Shown in pieces: positions 50,330 through 60,171 of a stretch of DNA of 64,000 nucleotides. The stretch is from an uncultured Thermoplasmata archaeon (GTDB lineage: Archaea > Thermoplasmatota > Thermoplasmata > UBA10834): assembly GCA_963719945.1 (NCBI GenBank), contig CAVRDX010000004.1, positions 256,001 to 320,000 of the forward strand, written 5' to 3'. Numbering within the stretch: the first letter of the stretch is position 1; each line of letters opens with the position of its first letter. The notes under the pieces are model-generated. The model searched no databases, was not told where the DNA came from, and saw only the letters and a program-made list of their open reading frames with translations. The translations under genes and the position numbers were made by a program.

Positions 50330-52313
50330 TCATGCAATTCCTGTCGATCCCTCTATTCCATCCGGTATGCTGAAAATAAACCTTGCTCCTTTTCCGGGCT
50401 CAGATTCTAACCAGATCTTGCCGCCATGCCGCTCGACTATCTTCTTGCATATCGCGAGTCCGATGCCTGTCCCGGAATATTTACGACCTGCGTGCAATCG
50501 CTGGAATATGATGAATATCCGTTCCGAATATTGCGCTTCAATTCCTATCCCATTGTCCTGGACTGAGAATACCCATTCGCCAATCCCTCGTTCTGCAGAG
50601 ATGTGGATTCGGGGGGTGTCATCCCCTCGGAATTTCATTGCATTGCTGAGCAGATTCTGGAGCAACTGCACGAGCTGACCTGGATCGGCTACAACAATCG
50701 GAAGCGGGCCAGTAGTGATGATGGCCCCGTTGTCTTCTATCGCCATCTTCAAATTGAGCATTGATTCCTTGAGGACATTATTGAAATCGATCTTGGAGAA
50801 CTGCTTTCCTCGCGTTCCAACCCTCGAGAATGCAAGCAGATCATTTATCATTCCTTGAAGCCGGTTTGCTCCATCAACAGCATATCCGATGAATTCATCC
50901 GCATCGTCATCCAGCTTCCCTTCGTATCGTCGAGACAGGAGTTCCAGATAGCTGGCGATCATGCGAAGCGGTTCCTGCAAATCATGAGATGCGATATATG
51001 CGAATTGCTGGAGCTCGTCATTGGACCTCTTCAACTCTACATTGGCCAAGTCTAGTTCCACGGTCCTCTCCTGTATCTTCTTCTCCATGTCGTCCCGATA
51101 CTCCTTGAGGCTCGCGGTCATCTCGTTGAATGTGGATGCGAGCTCACCGATCTCGTCTCTGGAACTGTATGTCGACCCTCCTATCGAGATTCCCTCCAGA
51201 AACGTCTCGAGCTGCTCCCGTGAACAGTCTGATAGGTCTTATGACGGATCGCATCGAGAAATATGCTACGACCCCTCCTAATGCCAATAGCACCGCTGTT
51301 ATCTGTATTGCGACATTGCGCAGCTCGTGTGCGGGAGCGAGCACTTCGTTGAGGTTGTAGCCGACGAGGATGATCCATCCGAATCCACCATAATTCAGAT
51401 ATCCTGGCGAAGTGGCATAGGAATAAAGCACATCGCATCCTCCTTCAGTCGTGACGAATGATCCAGTCTCGCCATCCAATTGTACAAAGTAACTCTTATC
51501 CGAGATGTTTTCCAAGGTGGCATATGCATCCGAAGAGTACAATAGTCTACCATCTGGAGTGACCGCCTTGATCACTCTGCTGGCATATGGTGACGGCGTC
51601 AGTTCTATCTCGGTTTCCCTGACAATGCCAATCAGGTTCACGATGCCCTTCATGACGCCGACCATGGTTCCGCTACTATCTTCTATTCTCACACATACGC
51701 TGACTCCGTATGTGCGAGAGCAATCATCGTAGCCCATGTCGCTGATGTAACTCCCGTTCTCCACAGTAGCGTGCCACCATTCATCATCCTGCAGATACTC
51801 GGTCACTCTAGAAGACATAGCAATAGTCGCTCCATACATGTTGGTGATGAGGACATTATTGTAGACATCGTATCCTCTCTCCACGAGGTTTTTATCAACC
51901 AACCGTTCCTTGATTATTTTGGAAAGGTTATTGTTCTCGATTGATTGAATGAGCTCTGAAGTCTCATCGAACGGCACGGAGTGCCACTCAGAATCGATTT
52001 CTGCGATGTATGCTTCGAGATCCGGTAACTCACCGAAATCAATGTTCGATTGTGACACAGCATCGACGAGTTCCGAGTCTTGGGACAGGAGGTCGATGGC
52101 ATAATGTTTCAATAATATGCCTCTATCCAGGCTGAACGAGGATTTCCACGCGACAGCAATCGTGCCCTCCGCAGTTGTGTTCTTCAGGGTTTCGCTGTTC
52201 TGTATAAGAACCAACCATGTGAGTCCGCTCATTAAGACAAGTACAGCTATGAATCCGACACCCAACTTGAATGTCACACCGGATCCGAACTGGAGTTTGG
52301 TATCGCTGGTCAT
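50330..52313 (-). pseudogene. Membrane sensor histidine kinase (TM-Cache-TM-HAMP-HisKA-HATPase), +1 frameshift near 51161-51164
   Basis: Removing one base restores HAMP IQSRDEIGELASTFNEMT; ASHDLQEPLR, NAMKF, DNGIG and GTGIGL. Confidence 0.88.
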
Positions 52314-53566
52314 TGATACACCAACTCTTCATTGATTACCTTTGCTGGGAAGAGGGGGATTGCGAAGTTGTGGTCACCAGGAGACACGCATATATTTCCA
52401 AGGACCCCGTTGTAGACGAAACCTTTCAACAGCAGGTTGCGCACGTTCTCCCTCGACACCTCTTGGTCGATAAGGAGGCTGGATAGGAATTTGATTGCAT
52501 CATATCCAGATGCACCTTGATGCGTTATCGAACGGTTATACAAGGCCTGGAAGCTGTTCTCGAGCCGGTCAGAGTACGAATAGGCTGGCCGGTATATGTT
52601 CGGCGCTGAAACATAAGCCCCGTTCGCGACCATTAGTTCTCTGACGGACGGAGTGGCTGCTCCGCTCCCGAGGAAGATGTGTCCCGCGTAGTCGGAATCT
52701 CTTAGCTCCTGGAGTATACCTTCATAGTAGCTAGTCAATCCGACCGCGAAGATCGCGTCATTCTCGGAAAGGTTCTGTACCTGCAATGAGAAATCATCCG
52801 CCCATGGCTCAAATCCTTCGTACTCGAACTGAATTCCTCTCGACTCGATTTCGGGTAGGAATGCGTTGAGAACCGAGTTGCCATACTCATCGTTGATATA
52901 GATGAGTCCCAGCTTCCCGATTTCAAGGGAATCCATCTTGATCAGGGCTGGTCGGACTTCCTCCTGCGCACCGAAGTAGTATCGGAAGACCCAATCCCTT
53001 CCGGCTGTCACGGTGTCAGATGAAGTGACAACCGCGACAAGAGGCGTTTCATTCTCTTCCGCGAGCGGCGCGAGTGCAATGGAGATTGAGCTCACTGCCG
53101 AGATGTACATGAGGGGATGGTACTCGTTCTCGATATCTGCATAGATTTCGACTGCCTTCGATGAGTTGGACTCGCAATCCCTTATGATTAGCTGAATTTC
53201 CCTTCCGTTCAGATGGTTTCTTGTATTGATTTCGTCAACTGCGATGAGCAACGCATCCCTGACGTCTATTGTGGATGCAGCTCCTGCGCCAGTAAGCGAG
53301 AGTATGACGCCTATCCTGATAGGTTCCTTATTCCCATCAACAAAATATTCCACGGAGAAGAACGCCGTGGCTGAGAGGATTATGATTATGAACACTGCTA
53401 ATAATCGATAGTATGTGCGGCCATTCGCATTCTTTTGCTTGCTCCGCAACCTTCTCTGCCTAGTTTTCTCTACTGGATCTGTAATGCTTTCCACCATTCC
53501 AGATAGCGTGCGTCGCGCTGCTAATCCGACTGATTGGTCGGATCTCATCGAACCCAGCCCCCCCAT
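52310..53566 (-). CDS. Membrane-anchored LivJ-type (type 1) substrate-binding protein
   Basis: One N-terminal TM; IRIGVILSLTG, DEIN, RDCES, NDEYG and GYDA; ATGA overlap with the kinase; start uncertain. Confidence 0.85.
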   Translation of the reverse strand: MGGLGSMRSDQSVGLAARRTLSGMVESITDPVEKTRQRRLRSKQKNANGRTYYRLLAVFIIIILSATAFFSVEYFVDGNKEPIRIGVILSLTGAGAASTIDVRDALLIAVDEINTRNHLNGREIQLIIRDCESNSSKAVEIYADIENEYHPLMYISAVSSISIALAPLAEENETPLVAVVTSSDTVTAGRDWVFRYYFGAQEEVRPALIKMDSLEIGKLGLIYINDEYGNSVLNAFLPEIESRGIQFEYEGFEPWADDFSLQVQNLSENDAIFAVGLTSYYEGILQELRDSDYAGHIFLGSGAATPSVRELMVANGAYVSAPNIYRPAYSYSDRLENSFQALYNRSITHQGASGYDAIKFLSSLLIDQEVSRENVRNLLLKGFVYNGVLGNICVSPGDHNFAIPLFPAKVINEELVYQ

Positions 53567-53690
53567 CTATCGACAAGAGGCACAATAATGATATCGGTGA
53601 GCTGTGCGTCTTTGGATATCATATCCACTCACCCGCCCGCCCTGGCTGACTGTAGGGTGTGTATTTGTTCAGCCGCAGAAACAATGGATA

Positions 53691-53763
53691 TGGGCCCAAC
53701 CGGATTTGAACCGGTGATCTACGCCGTGTAAGGGCGTTGTCATAACCGCTAGACCATGGGCCC
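53691..53763 (-). tRNA. tRNA-Val(TAC)
   Basis: Reverse complement GGGCCCA...TGGGCCC-A; ACGCC-CTTACAC-GGCGT; GGTTCAAATCC. Confidence 0.95.
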
Positions 53764-53817
53764 GTTGGGGCGGACCAGTTTATGCCCTACCTGTTCTTAA
53801 AACATTCTCAGCCCGGT

Positions 53818-54399
53818 TCAGCGTTTCGCAGCATCGAAGCCCATGGCGAATGCCTGGAGGTTCTCCTCGAGCTTCCTCGGTATATTCATCTTTACCGAGT
53901 TCTCGAAATGCTCCCTTGGGATTCCTGTTACACCGGTCCCTGCCAGCGCTCCGACCATGACGACGTTCGATGATATCGGCACGCCAGCCTTCTCTGCGAT
54001 CTCCCCCGAGTCGATCATGAAGACTCGGGCCGAGGTCTCTTCCATCTTCTTCTTGATCTCTTCGAGCTCCGGATACCTCATCTTCTGCGTGGACACGCTC
54101 AGGGGCACGACCCTCTCAGTGGAGCTGATGACCACGGTCTTCTTAGATGACTTGCAGACCGCTCTCTCGGTCTCCAAGAGTTCAAGCGAGAGTATTACAT
54201 CCGCGTCGCCATCGGTTATCAATGGGCTTGCATGGTCGCCGATCCTCGCAGTGCAGACGACGGACCCGCCTCTCTGGGCCATGCCGTGCGTCTCGCTCAT
54301 TATCACGCCTTTGCCCGCTAGGATCGCTGCATCGCCGATTATCTTGGATGCGGTGATTATCCCCTGGCCACCAACACCTACGAGGTAGATGTCGACCAT
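53818..54399 (-). CDS. iorB: Indolepyruvate:ferredoxin oxidoreductase beta subunit
   Basis: GVGGQG, SETHGMAQRGGSV and NVVMVGAL; TGATG overlap with iorA. Confidence 0.93.
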   Translation of the reverse strand: MVDIYLVGVGGQGIITASKIIGDAAILAGKGVIMSETHGMAQRGGSVVCTARIGDHASPLITDGDADVILSLELLETERAVCKSSKKTVVISSTERVVPLSVSTQKMRYPELEEIKKKMEETSARVFMIDSGEIAEKAGVPISSNVVMVGALAGTGVTGIPREHFENSVKMNIPRKLEENLQAFAMGFDAAKR

Positions 54400-56249
54400 C
54401 ACTGCACCTCCTTGATAGCATTGTATGGACAGACATTCGCACATACTCCGCAGCCCGCGCATTGAGCCTCGTCTATGGTCTGCACCTTGTCGACGCTCGA
54501 TATCGCTGGGCATTGGAACTTCGTGACACAGGTCCTGCACTTCTTGCAGTCGGCCTGGTCGATGAAGTGCTTCTTGATGATGGCCCCTTTCTCGTCCCTC
54601 TTGACGATGAGGGCGCATTCTCTTCTGGCGATTATGACTGTGATGCTATCCTGAGCGAGTGCCTCTTTGATGGTCTCGGTCATCAAAGCGACATCATACG
54701 GATCGACGGTTCTGATCCACTTCACCCCACATCCCTTAACGACATCCTCTATCGGCAGGGATATCGCTTCGGGATTGCAGGGGTCTCTGCCGCTTCCAGG
54801 GTGAGGTTGATGCCCGGTCATCGCGGTCGTGCGGTTGTCGAGGATCATCAACAGGAACTTGTGTCTCTGATGGACCGCATTCAACAATCCCGGTATACCG
54901 GAGTGGAAGAATGTCGAGTCGCCTATGAATGAGATGATCGGCAGATCGTTCACCTTTGCGAGTCCTCCCGCGGTACCGACGCTGGAGCCCATGCATACGA
55001 GGAAGTCCGCGGCGCTGTACGGCGGCGCGACCCCCAATGTGTAGCAGCCGATATCCGATGCGAAGATCGCCTTCTTGTTAGTGGCCTTGTTGACCGCGAA
55101 GTAAGTCGCACTGTGTGGGCATCCTGCACATAGTACTGGCGGGCGCTTTGGCAGGTCTTCAGGGAGTTCGCATTTCTTCTGGTCTCCCGCGCTTCCAAGA
55201 CCGAATGCATTTCTCAAACCTTTCGCCACGATATCCTGATCGAATTCGTGCGCTCTCGGGAACACTCCATCGAGCTTCCCTACCACCTTGGTCTTCAACC
55301 CATCTCTCTGGATGATAGCCCTTATCGCAGTCTCCAGGATCGGCTCGAGCTCCTCGACCACAGTGACGATCTCGTGGGACTTCAGGAATTCTGTAACTTT
55401 TCTGACAGGCAGCGGATTGGAGAATCCTAGCTTCAGTAGGTCGACTGATAGTGAAAGGCTGACCGCTGCATCCGAAGCGTAATTCGCGGCGACGGAGGAT
55501 GCTATCATACCGAACTTCTCGGAACCGCCTTTTATTTTGATGGATCGGTTGAACTCTGAAACCTCAGCGATCTCTTGAGCCTTCTTGAGCTGCTCGAGCA
55601 ACACCAAGTGCCTGACCCGGGCGACTGCAGGGACCGTCACGAATCTCGTGGGGTCCTTGATGAACTCCTTCTTCTTTGGACCTTGGACAATCTTACCTAC
55701 ATTTACGGGTCCGCGCACGTGCGACACGCGCGTAGTCGTACGTAGCATCACAGGTTGCTCGAGCTTCTCAGAGATCTCGAACGCCTTCTTCGTCATCTCG
55801 TAGCATTCCTGTGGTGATGCAGGCTCGAAGAGCGGGAACCCTCCGAGAAGTGAATAGTACCTGTTGTCCTGTTCGTTCTGACTCGAGTGACATGACGGAT
55901 CATCCGCGGTAACTAGCACGAAGCCGCCTCTGGTGCCCGTGTACGCGAAAGTCATCAGAGGATCCGCGGCTACGTTGACCCCTACATGTTTCATGCTGAC
56001 GATGGCTCTCACGCCTGAAGCAGCCGCCCCCATGGCAATCTCGGCCGCGACTTTCTCGTTGACCGAATATTCGAAGTATATTCCCGCATCCTTGGCCACG
56101 CGCGCGAGCGTGTCACCTATCTCAGACGCTGGCGTGCCTGGATATGTTGTGGCGACTGATATCCCTGCCTCCAAGGCCCCCCTCGCGATCGCCTCATTTC
56201 CGAGTAGAAGGATCTTGGACCCTGGTTCGGATGACAGAACCTTGTCCAT
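54399..56249 (-). CDS. iorA: Indolepyruvate:ferredoxin oxidoreductase alpha subunit
   Basis: LGNEAIARG, YPGTP, MKHVG, SSQNEQD, RPPVLCAGCPH, DIGCY, GDSTFFHSG and C-terminal ferredoxin. Confidence 0.95.
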   Translation of the reverse strand: MDKVLSSEPGSKILLLGNEAIARGALEAGISVATTYPGTPASEIGDTLARVAKDAGIYFEYSVNEKVAAEIAMGAAASGVRAIVSMKHVGVNVAADPLMTFAYTGTRGGFVLVTADDPSCHSSQNEQDNRYYSLLGGFPLFEPASPQECYEMTKKAFEISEKLEQPVMLRTTTRVSHVRGPVNVGKIVQGPKKKEFIKDPTRFVTVPAVARVRHLVLLEQLKKAQEIAEVSEFNRSIKIKGGSEKFGMIASSVAANYASDAAVSLSLSVDLLKLGFSNPLPVRKVTEFLKSHEIVTVVEELEPILETAIRAIIQRDGLKTKVVGKLDGVFPRAHEFDQDIVAKGLRNAFGLGSAGDQKKCELPEDLPKRPPVLCAGCPHSATYFAVNKATNKKAIFASDIGCYTLGVAPPYSAADFLVCMGSSVGTAGGLAKVNDLPIISFIGDSTFFHSGIPGLLNAVHQRHKFLLMILDNRTTAMTGHQPHPGSGRDPCNPEAISLPIEDVVKGCGVKWIRTVDPYDVALMTETIKEALAQDSITVIIARRECALIVKRDEKGAIIKKHFIDQADCKKCRTCVTKFQCPAISSVDKVQTIDEAQCAGCGVCANVCPYNAIKEVQ

Positions 56250-56540
56250 GGTGTTCCTGTTAACGATTTCCAAAGGAAATACCTTTTCGAGTGACCATTA
56301 TCGTGCATTCGACTGATTTAGCGACCGAGAAATAGGATGGCTCGGCACCTAAAAATAGGGACATCGCAGATTCTCCCTCGTCTGCGATTCTAGCGAACTT
56401 CGATTACTCCAGGGGACATATACATGGATCACGGTGCCAGGGACAACAGTCTTAACAGTGGACAGGGATTCTACGGAAGCAACTACAAGGGAACACAACA
56501 TAAGGTGATCAAATCCAAGACGGTCGATCATCAGAGGCCA

Positions 56541-58082
56541 ATGAACCGCAGATTTGTACAGAAACGATTGGTTCTGGCGTTCGTATCATTTGGCATCGTC
56601 GCATCAATGGCACTTCTTGCTTTGAATGGCCTTCACCTTCCATCATTCGGCAAGGCACCTTCTGTGCCTGACTCTGACGAACCGGTATATTCTTACGACT
56701 GGCCAGTCGACTACCTCAACGACACTGTGATACCTATTGGCACTATCCATTCTGATTTCTCGACCTATGATGAGACTGATGTGGCTGTTCAGGGAAATGT
56801 GACGGCTGCCCCTGACGAATATGACAATGGTTGCTTTTTCATACAGGATTCCACAGGCGGACTCATGGTACGGACCGCAGGTTCGGGATTCACGTTCAAC
56901 CTCAACAGAGGGGATTATGTTAGATTGTATGGGACGGTGGCGCAGACTGTCCAGGGCATGCACGTGATAGAGGATGCCCAGAGCTATTGGCTGATGGGTA
57001 CCGGTAACACCGTCTATGTACAGCACATGTACAACTCATCGCTCGTGGCTGCATCGGATCAGGGGATGCTTGTCAAGATGAACGGATACCTGACCAACTT
57101 CAGCTACGACAACACTTCCCATACCGTTCCAGATTGGGAGAAGGTTTCGTGCACATCCACCCTGTGGATGTATAGTCGCAACTTCACAGTGCAGGCGACA
57201 AACTTCACACTCTCTGATTACGATGGATTTGCGATGGTGACCGGAGTGATGTTCTATGTTGATGGTTCATACGCACTGAATCCGCGGTCATCCTCGGACA
57301 TAGATCATGGTGACGGGCCTTATTGGACACCAAACGTTGATGGCTATCTTGACGATTGGACCTCGTCCGAGATGGCCGTCGACGATTCTGACAGCGATGC
57401 CAATATCGTTGGCTACGAAATGAAGTGTTTGTACACAACGTGGGACTCAGAATTCCTTCACATAGGTGTAGAGTATGCCATCGGAGAATACGGTTCGGCA
57501 ATAGTGTATATTGACGCAATCCCTGGGCAAGGGGCTAGTAATGTGTCAGCCTTGACAGATATGTGGGGATGGGATCCGTTTGCTTGCTCCAGGCACCTGG
57601 AGTTCCGAGACGGTTTCGAAGCGGATTATATGCTTCTCAGATACGAGGACGGATATCCTGTCCTCCTCAGGTTGATCTCGAACGGATTGTATGAGGACGC
57701 GACATTGGGGATGGCTGCCTTGGCCACCGGAACCGTGGATGGTGGGAGTGCATTCATCGAAGCAGCAATCCCCTGGACTACGATATTTGGAATGGATCCT
57801 GGTGAAGTCCCACTCGGGTCAACCATCCGCATGGTTGCAGTGGTCACTGGTGGATCGGATACCAATGTATTCGACTCCGCGCCAGATTCCGTGCTAATAC
57901 CAACATGGTACGACTGGACCAAGCTGTACTACTTCTACGACTTCTGCATAGATTGCGATCTTGACGGTTACCCTGATGATTACAGCTCGGGATTCGCGAT
58001 ACCCGAATTTTCCATCCTGATAGTCGTCCCGATGATGGTCGCGATGGTGTTGGTGGTTCGCGCTAGAAGGAAGAAGACCTAG
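56541..58082 (+). CDS. Secreted surface protein with OB-fold-like and beta-sandwich regions and a PEF-CTERM-like sorting signal
   Basis: N-terminal hydrophobic helix; FFIQDSTGG; VDGYLDDW; ends IPEF plus TM plus RARRKK. Confidence 0.78.
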   Translation: MNRRFVQKRLVLAFVSFGIVASMALLALNGLHLPSFGKAPSVPDSDEPVYSYDWPVDYLNDTVIPIGTIHSDFSTYDETDVAVQGNVTAAPDEYDNGCFFIQDSTGGLMVRTAGSGFTFNLNRGDYVRLYGTVAQTVQGMHVIEDAQSYWLMGTGNTVYVQHMYNSSLVAASDQGMLVKMNGYLTNFSYDNTSHTVPDWEKVSCTSTLWMYSRNFTVQATNFTLSDYDGFAMVTGVMFYVDGSYALNPRSSSDIDHGDGPYWTPNVDGYLDDWTSSEMAVDDSDSDANIVGYEMKCLYTTWDSEFLHIGVEYAIGEYGSAIVYIDAIPGQGASNVSALTDMWGWDPFACSRHLEFRDGFEADYMLLRYEDGYPVLLRLISNGLYEDATLGMAALATGTVDGGSAFIEAAIPWTTIFGMDPGEVPLGSTIRMVAVVTGGSDTNVFDSAPDSVLIPTWYDWTKLYYFYDFCIDCDLDGYPDDYSSGFAIPEFSILIVVPMMVAMVLVVRARRKKT

Positions 58083-58115
58083 ATTTGAAATAGTCATGGT
58101 CTGATTGAGAATGCG

Positions 58116-59378
58116 TTGACTGGAAGGACGATCGCGGAGAAGATTATAGGCAGGTCAGCGGGTTATCCCGAGGCGAGGGAAGGGCAGATCCTCGAAGCTT
58201 CCCCAGATCTGGTGATGTCTCACGAGAACACGTTCCTGGTGAACAAATCATTCTCGGAGCTCGGCAGAGAACGCCCTTGGGACCCTGAGAAGATTGTCAT
58301 AGTCCTCGATCACCGTACCCCGGCAAACACTACGCAGACCGCGACGGTGCACTCGAAGATCAGGGAGATAGTGAAAGGCTTTGGCATCAATAGATTCTAT
58401 GATGCCGGGGAAGGGATATGTCATCAGCTTCTGGTGGAGAAGCGGCTTGCACGCCCTGGCCAATTGATTCTGGGCACGGACTCCCACACTACCACGGCAG
58501 GCGCAATCGGAGCATTCGCTACAGGCATTGGCGCCACCGAGATGGCGGGTGTCTGGGCAACTGGCCGCATATGGCTGAAGGTTCCTAAGTCCATCATGAT
58601 CAATATATTCGGTACGATGCCGAAAGGAGTATTCGCCAAGGATATTGCGTTGTACCTTGCAGGAATAATGGGTCCGTCTGGGGCAGAGTACAAGTGCATG
58701 GAGTTCACTGGAGAACTCATCCCTTCGATGTCCATCTCGAGTAGGATGGTTCTCTGCAACATGAGCATGGAGATGGGGGCGAAGGGTGCGGTGATGCCTT
58801 GTGACGATGTCACTCGGTCGTGGTATCGAGGTCACACGGATTCCGAACTGATTCCAGTCTCCTCGGATGAGAATGCGCGTTACGATAACTGGATCGACAT
58901 CGAAGTCGATGGCCTCACGCCGATGGTGTCTGGTCCTCACAAGGTGGAAGCCGTCAAATCTGTTGAGAAGATGAAGGGCAAAGTAATCGATCAGGCCTTT
59001 ATAGGTACCTGTACAAATGGACGACTAGAAGATCTCGAGGCGGCAGCGATGATCCTGAAAGGCCAGAAGGTCTCACCCAACTGCAGGTTGATAGTCGCTC
59101 CAGCTTCGAGGGATATCCTGACGGAGGCTGCAGACAGAGGATACGTGCAGATCATACTGAAAGCGGGCGGAACCATTCTACCACCTGGATGCGGACCGTG
59201 TCTCGGGTCTCACGGAGGAGTCCTCGGGCCGAAAGAGGTGTGCATATCGTCCAGCAACAGGAACTTCCCAGGAAGGATGGGATCCGACATCGCCGAGATA
59301 TACCTCGCTAGTCCAGCAACCGTGGCTGCGAGCGCGATCGTCGGAAGGATAACCGATCCGAGGAGTGTGATGCGATGA
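58116..59378 (+). CDS. 3-isopropylmalate dehydratase/homoaconitase family large subunit
   Basis: DH, GICHQ, DSHT, GTCTNGR, GCGPCLG and NRNFPGRMG; LeuC versus HacA not resolved. Confidence 0.93.
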   Translation: MTGRTIAEKIIGRSAGYPEAREGQILEASPDLVMSHENTFLVNKSFSELGRERPWDPEKIVIVLDHRTPANTTQTATVHSKIREIVKGFGINRFYDAGEGICHQLLVEKRLARPGQLILGTDSHTTTAGAIGAFATGIGATEMAGVWATGRIWLKVPKSIMINIFGTMPKGVFAKDIALYLAGIMGPSGAEYKCMEFTGELIPSMSISSRMVLCNMSMEMGAKGAVMPCDDVTRSWYRGHTDSELIPVSSDENARYDNWIDIEVDGLTPMVSGPHKVEAVKSVEKMKGKVIDQAFIGTCTNGRLEDLEAAAMILKGQKVSPNCRLIVAPASRDILTEAADRGYVQIILKAGGTILPPGCGPCLGSHGGVLGPKEVCISSSNRNFPGRMGSDIAEIYLASPATVAASAIVGRITDPRSVMR

Positions 59379-59878
59379 ACGTAAAGGGCAGAGTCTGGTT
59401 GTTCGGTGACGATGTGAATACCGATTTGATAATCCCGGGCCGATACCTTGACAATTACGATCCTTCGCACCTTGCAGCGCACGCGATGGAGGGTGCGAAT
59501 AAGGAGTTCGCGTCGAAAGTCTCTCCTGGAGATATCGTTGTCGCGGGGTGCAATTTCGGATGCGGTTCGAGCAGGGAACAAGCAGTGATCGCCTTGAAGC
59601 AATCTGGCGTGTCGGCCGTGATCGCGAAGTCATTCGCGAGGATATTCTACAGGAACGCGATCAACCTCGGCCTTCACGCAGTGGAATGTGATGATGCAGC
59701 TAGCGTATTCTCGGATGGCGAGATCGCTCTGCTGGATATCGATGCTCATACGATGTGCTCCGAGAACGGATCCAGTCGCGTGGAGCTCAAAGAGATCCCA
59801 CACCACGCAAAGAAGATCATCGACTCCGGAGGACTCATACCTCATCTGAAGTCTCAGATCGGAAAGAGGGAGCATTGA
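59375..59878 (+). CDS. 3-isopropylmalate dehydratase/homoaconitase family small subunit
   Basis: DDVNTDLIIP, NFGCGSSREQA and SFARIFYRNAIN. Confidence 0.93.
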   Translation: MNVKGRVWLFGDDVNTDLIIPGRYLDNYDPSHLAAHAMEGANKEFASKVSPGDIVVAGCNFGCGSSREQAVIALKQSGVSAVIAKSFARIFYRNAINLGLHAVECDDAASVFSDGEIALLDIDAHTMCSENGSSRVELKEIPHHAKKIIDSGGLIPHLKSQIGKREH

Positions 59879-60094
59879 CGGTCGAAACGAACCAGAACGG
59901 TGGAATCATATTCTTCATTTAGCCCGATCTCCTATCGAAATGGCAGACTTCGTGGTCGAGGACACTTTCGGATATCTCGGGCTAGCGATACTGTTATTCA
60001 TAGTCGTTTACGTGATTTTGCGCCTTCTGACGCATCGGCACTGACGCTCCCATCCTGCAAAGGCTATTATATGCCAGACTAATCACCGCATTGC

Positions 60095-60171
60095 GGGCCC
60101 GTGGGGTAGTTAGGATATCCTTCTGGCCTTCGAAGCCGGTGACGTGGGTTCAAATCCCACCGGGCCCGCCA
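60095..60171 (+). tRNA. tRNA-Arg(TCG)
   Basis: GGGCCCG/CGGGCCC acceptor; CTGGC-CTTCGAA-GCCGG; GGTTCAAATCC; encoded CCA. Confidence 0.95.

Noticed and set aside
22423-53763. att duplications of tRNA-Arg(GCG), tRNA-Thr or tRNA-Val 3' ends
   Set aside because: None were found by eye; a computational search could still reveal degenerate copies.
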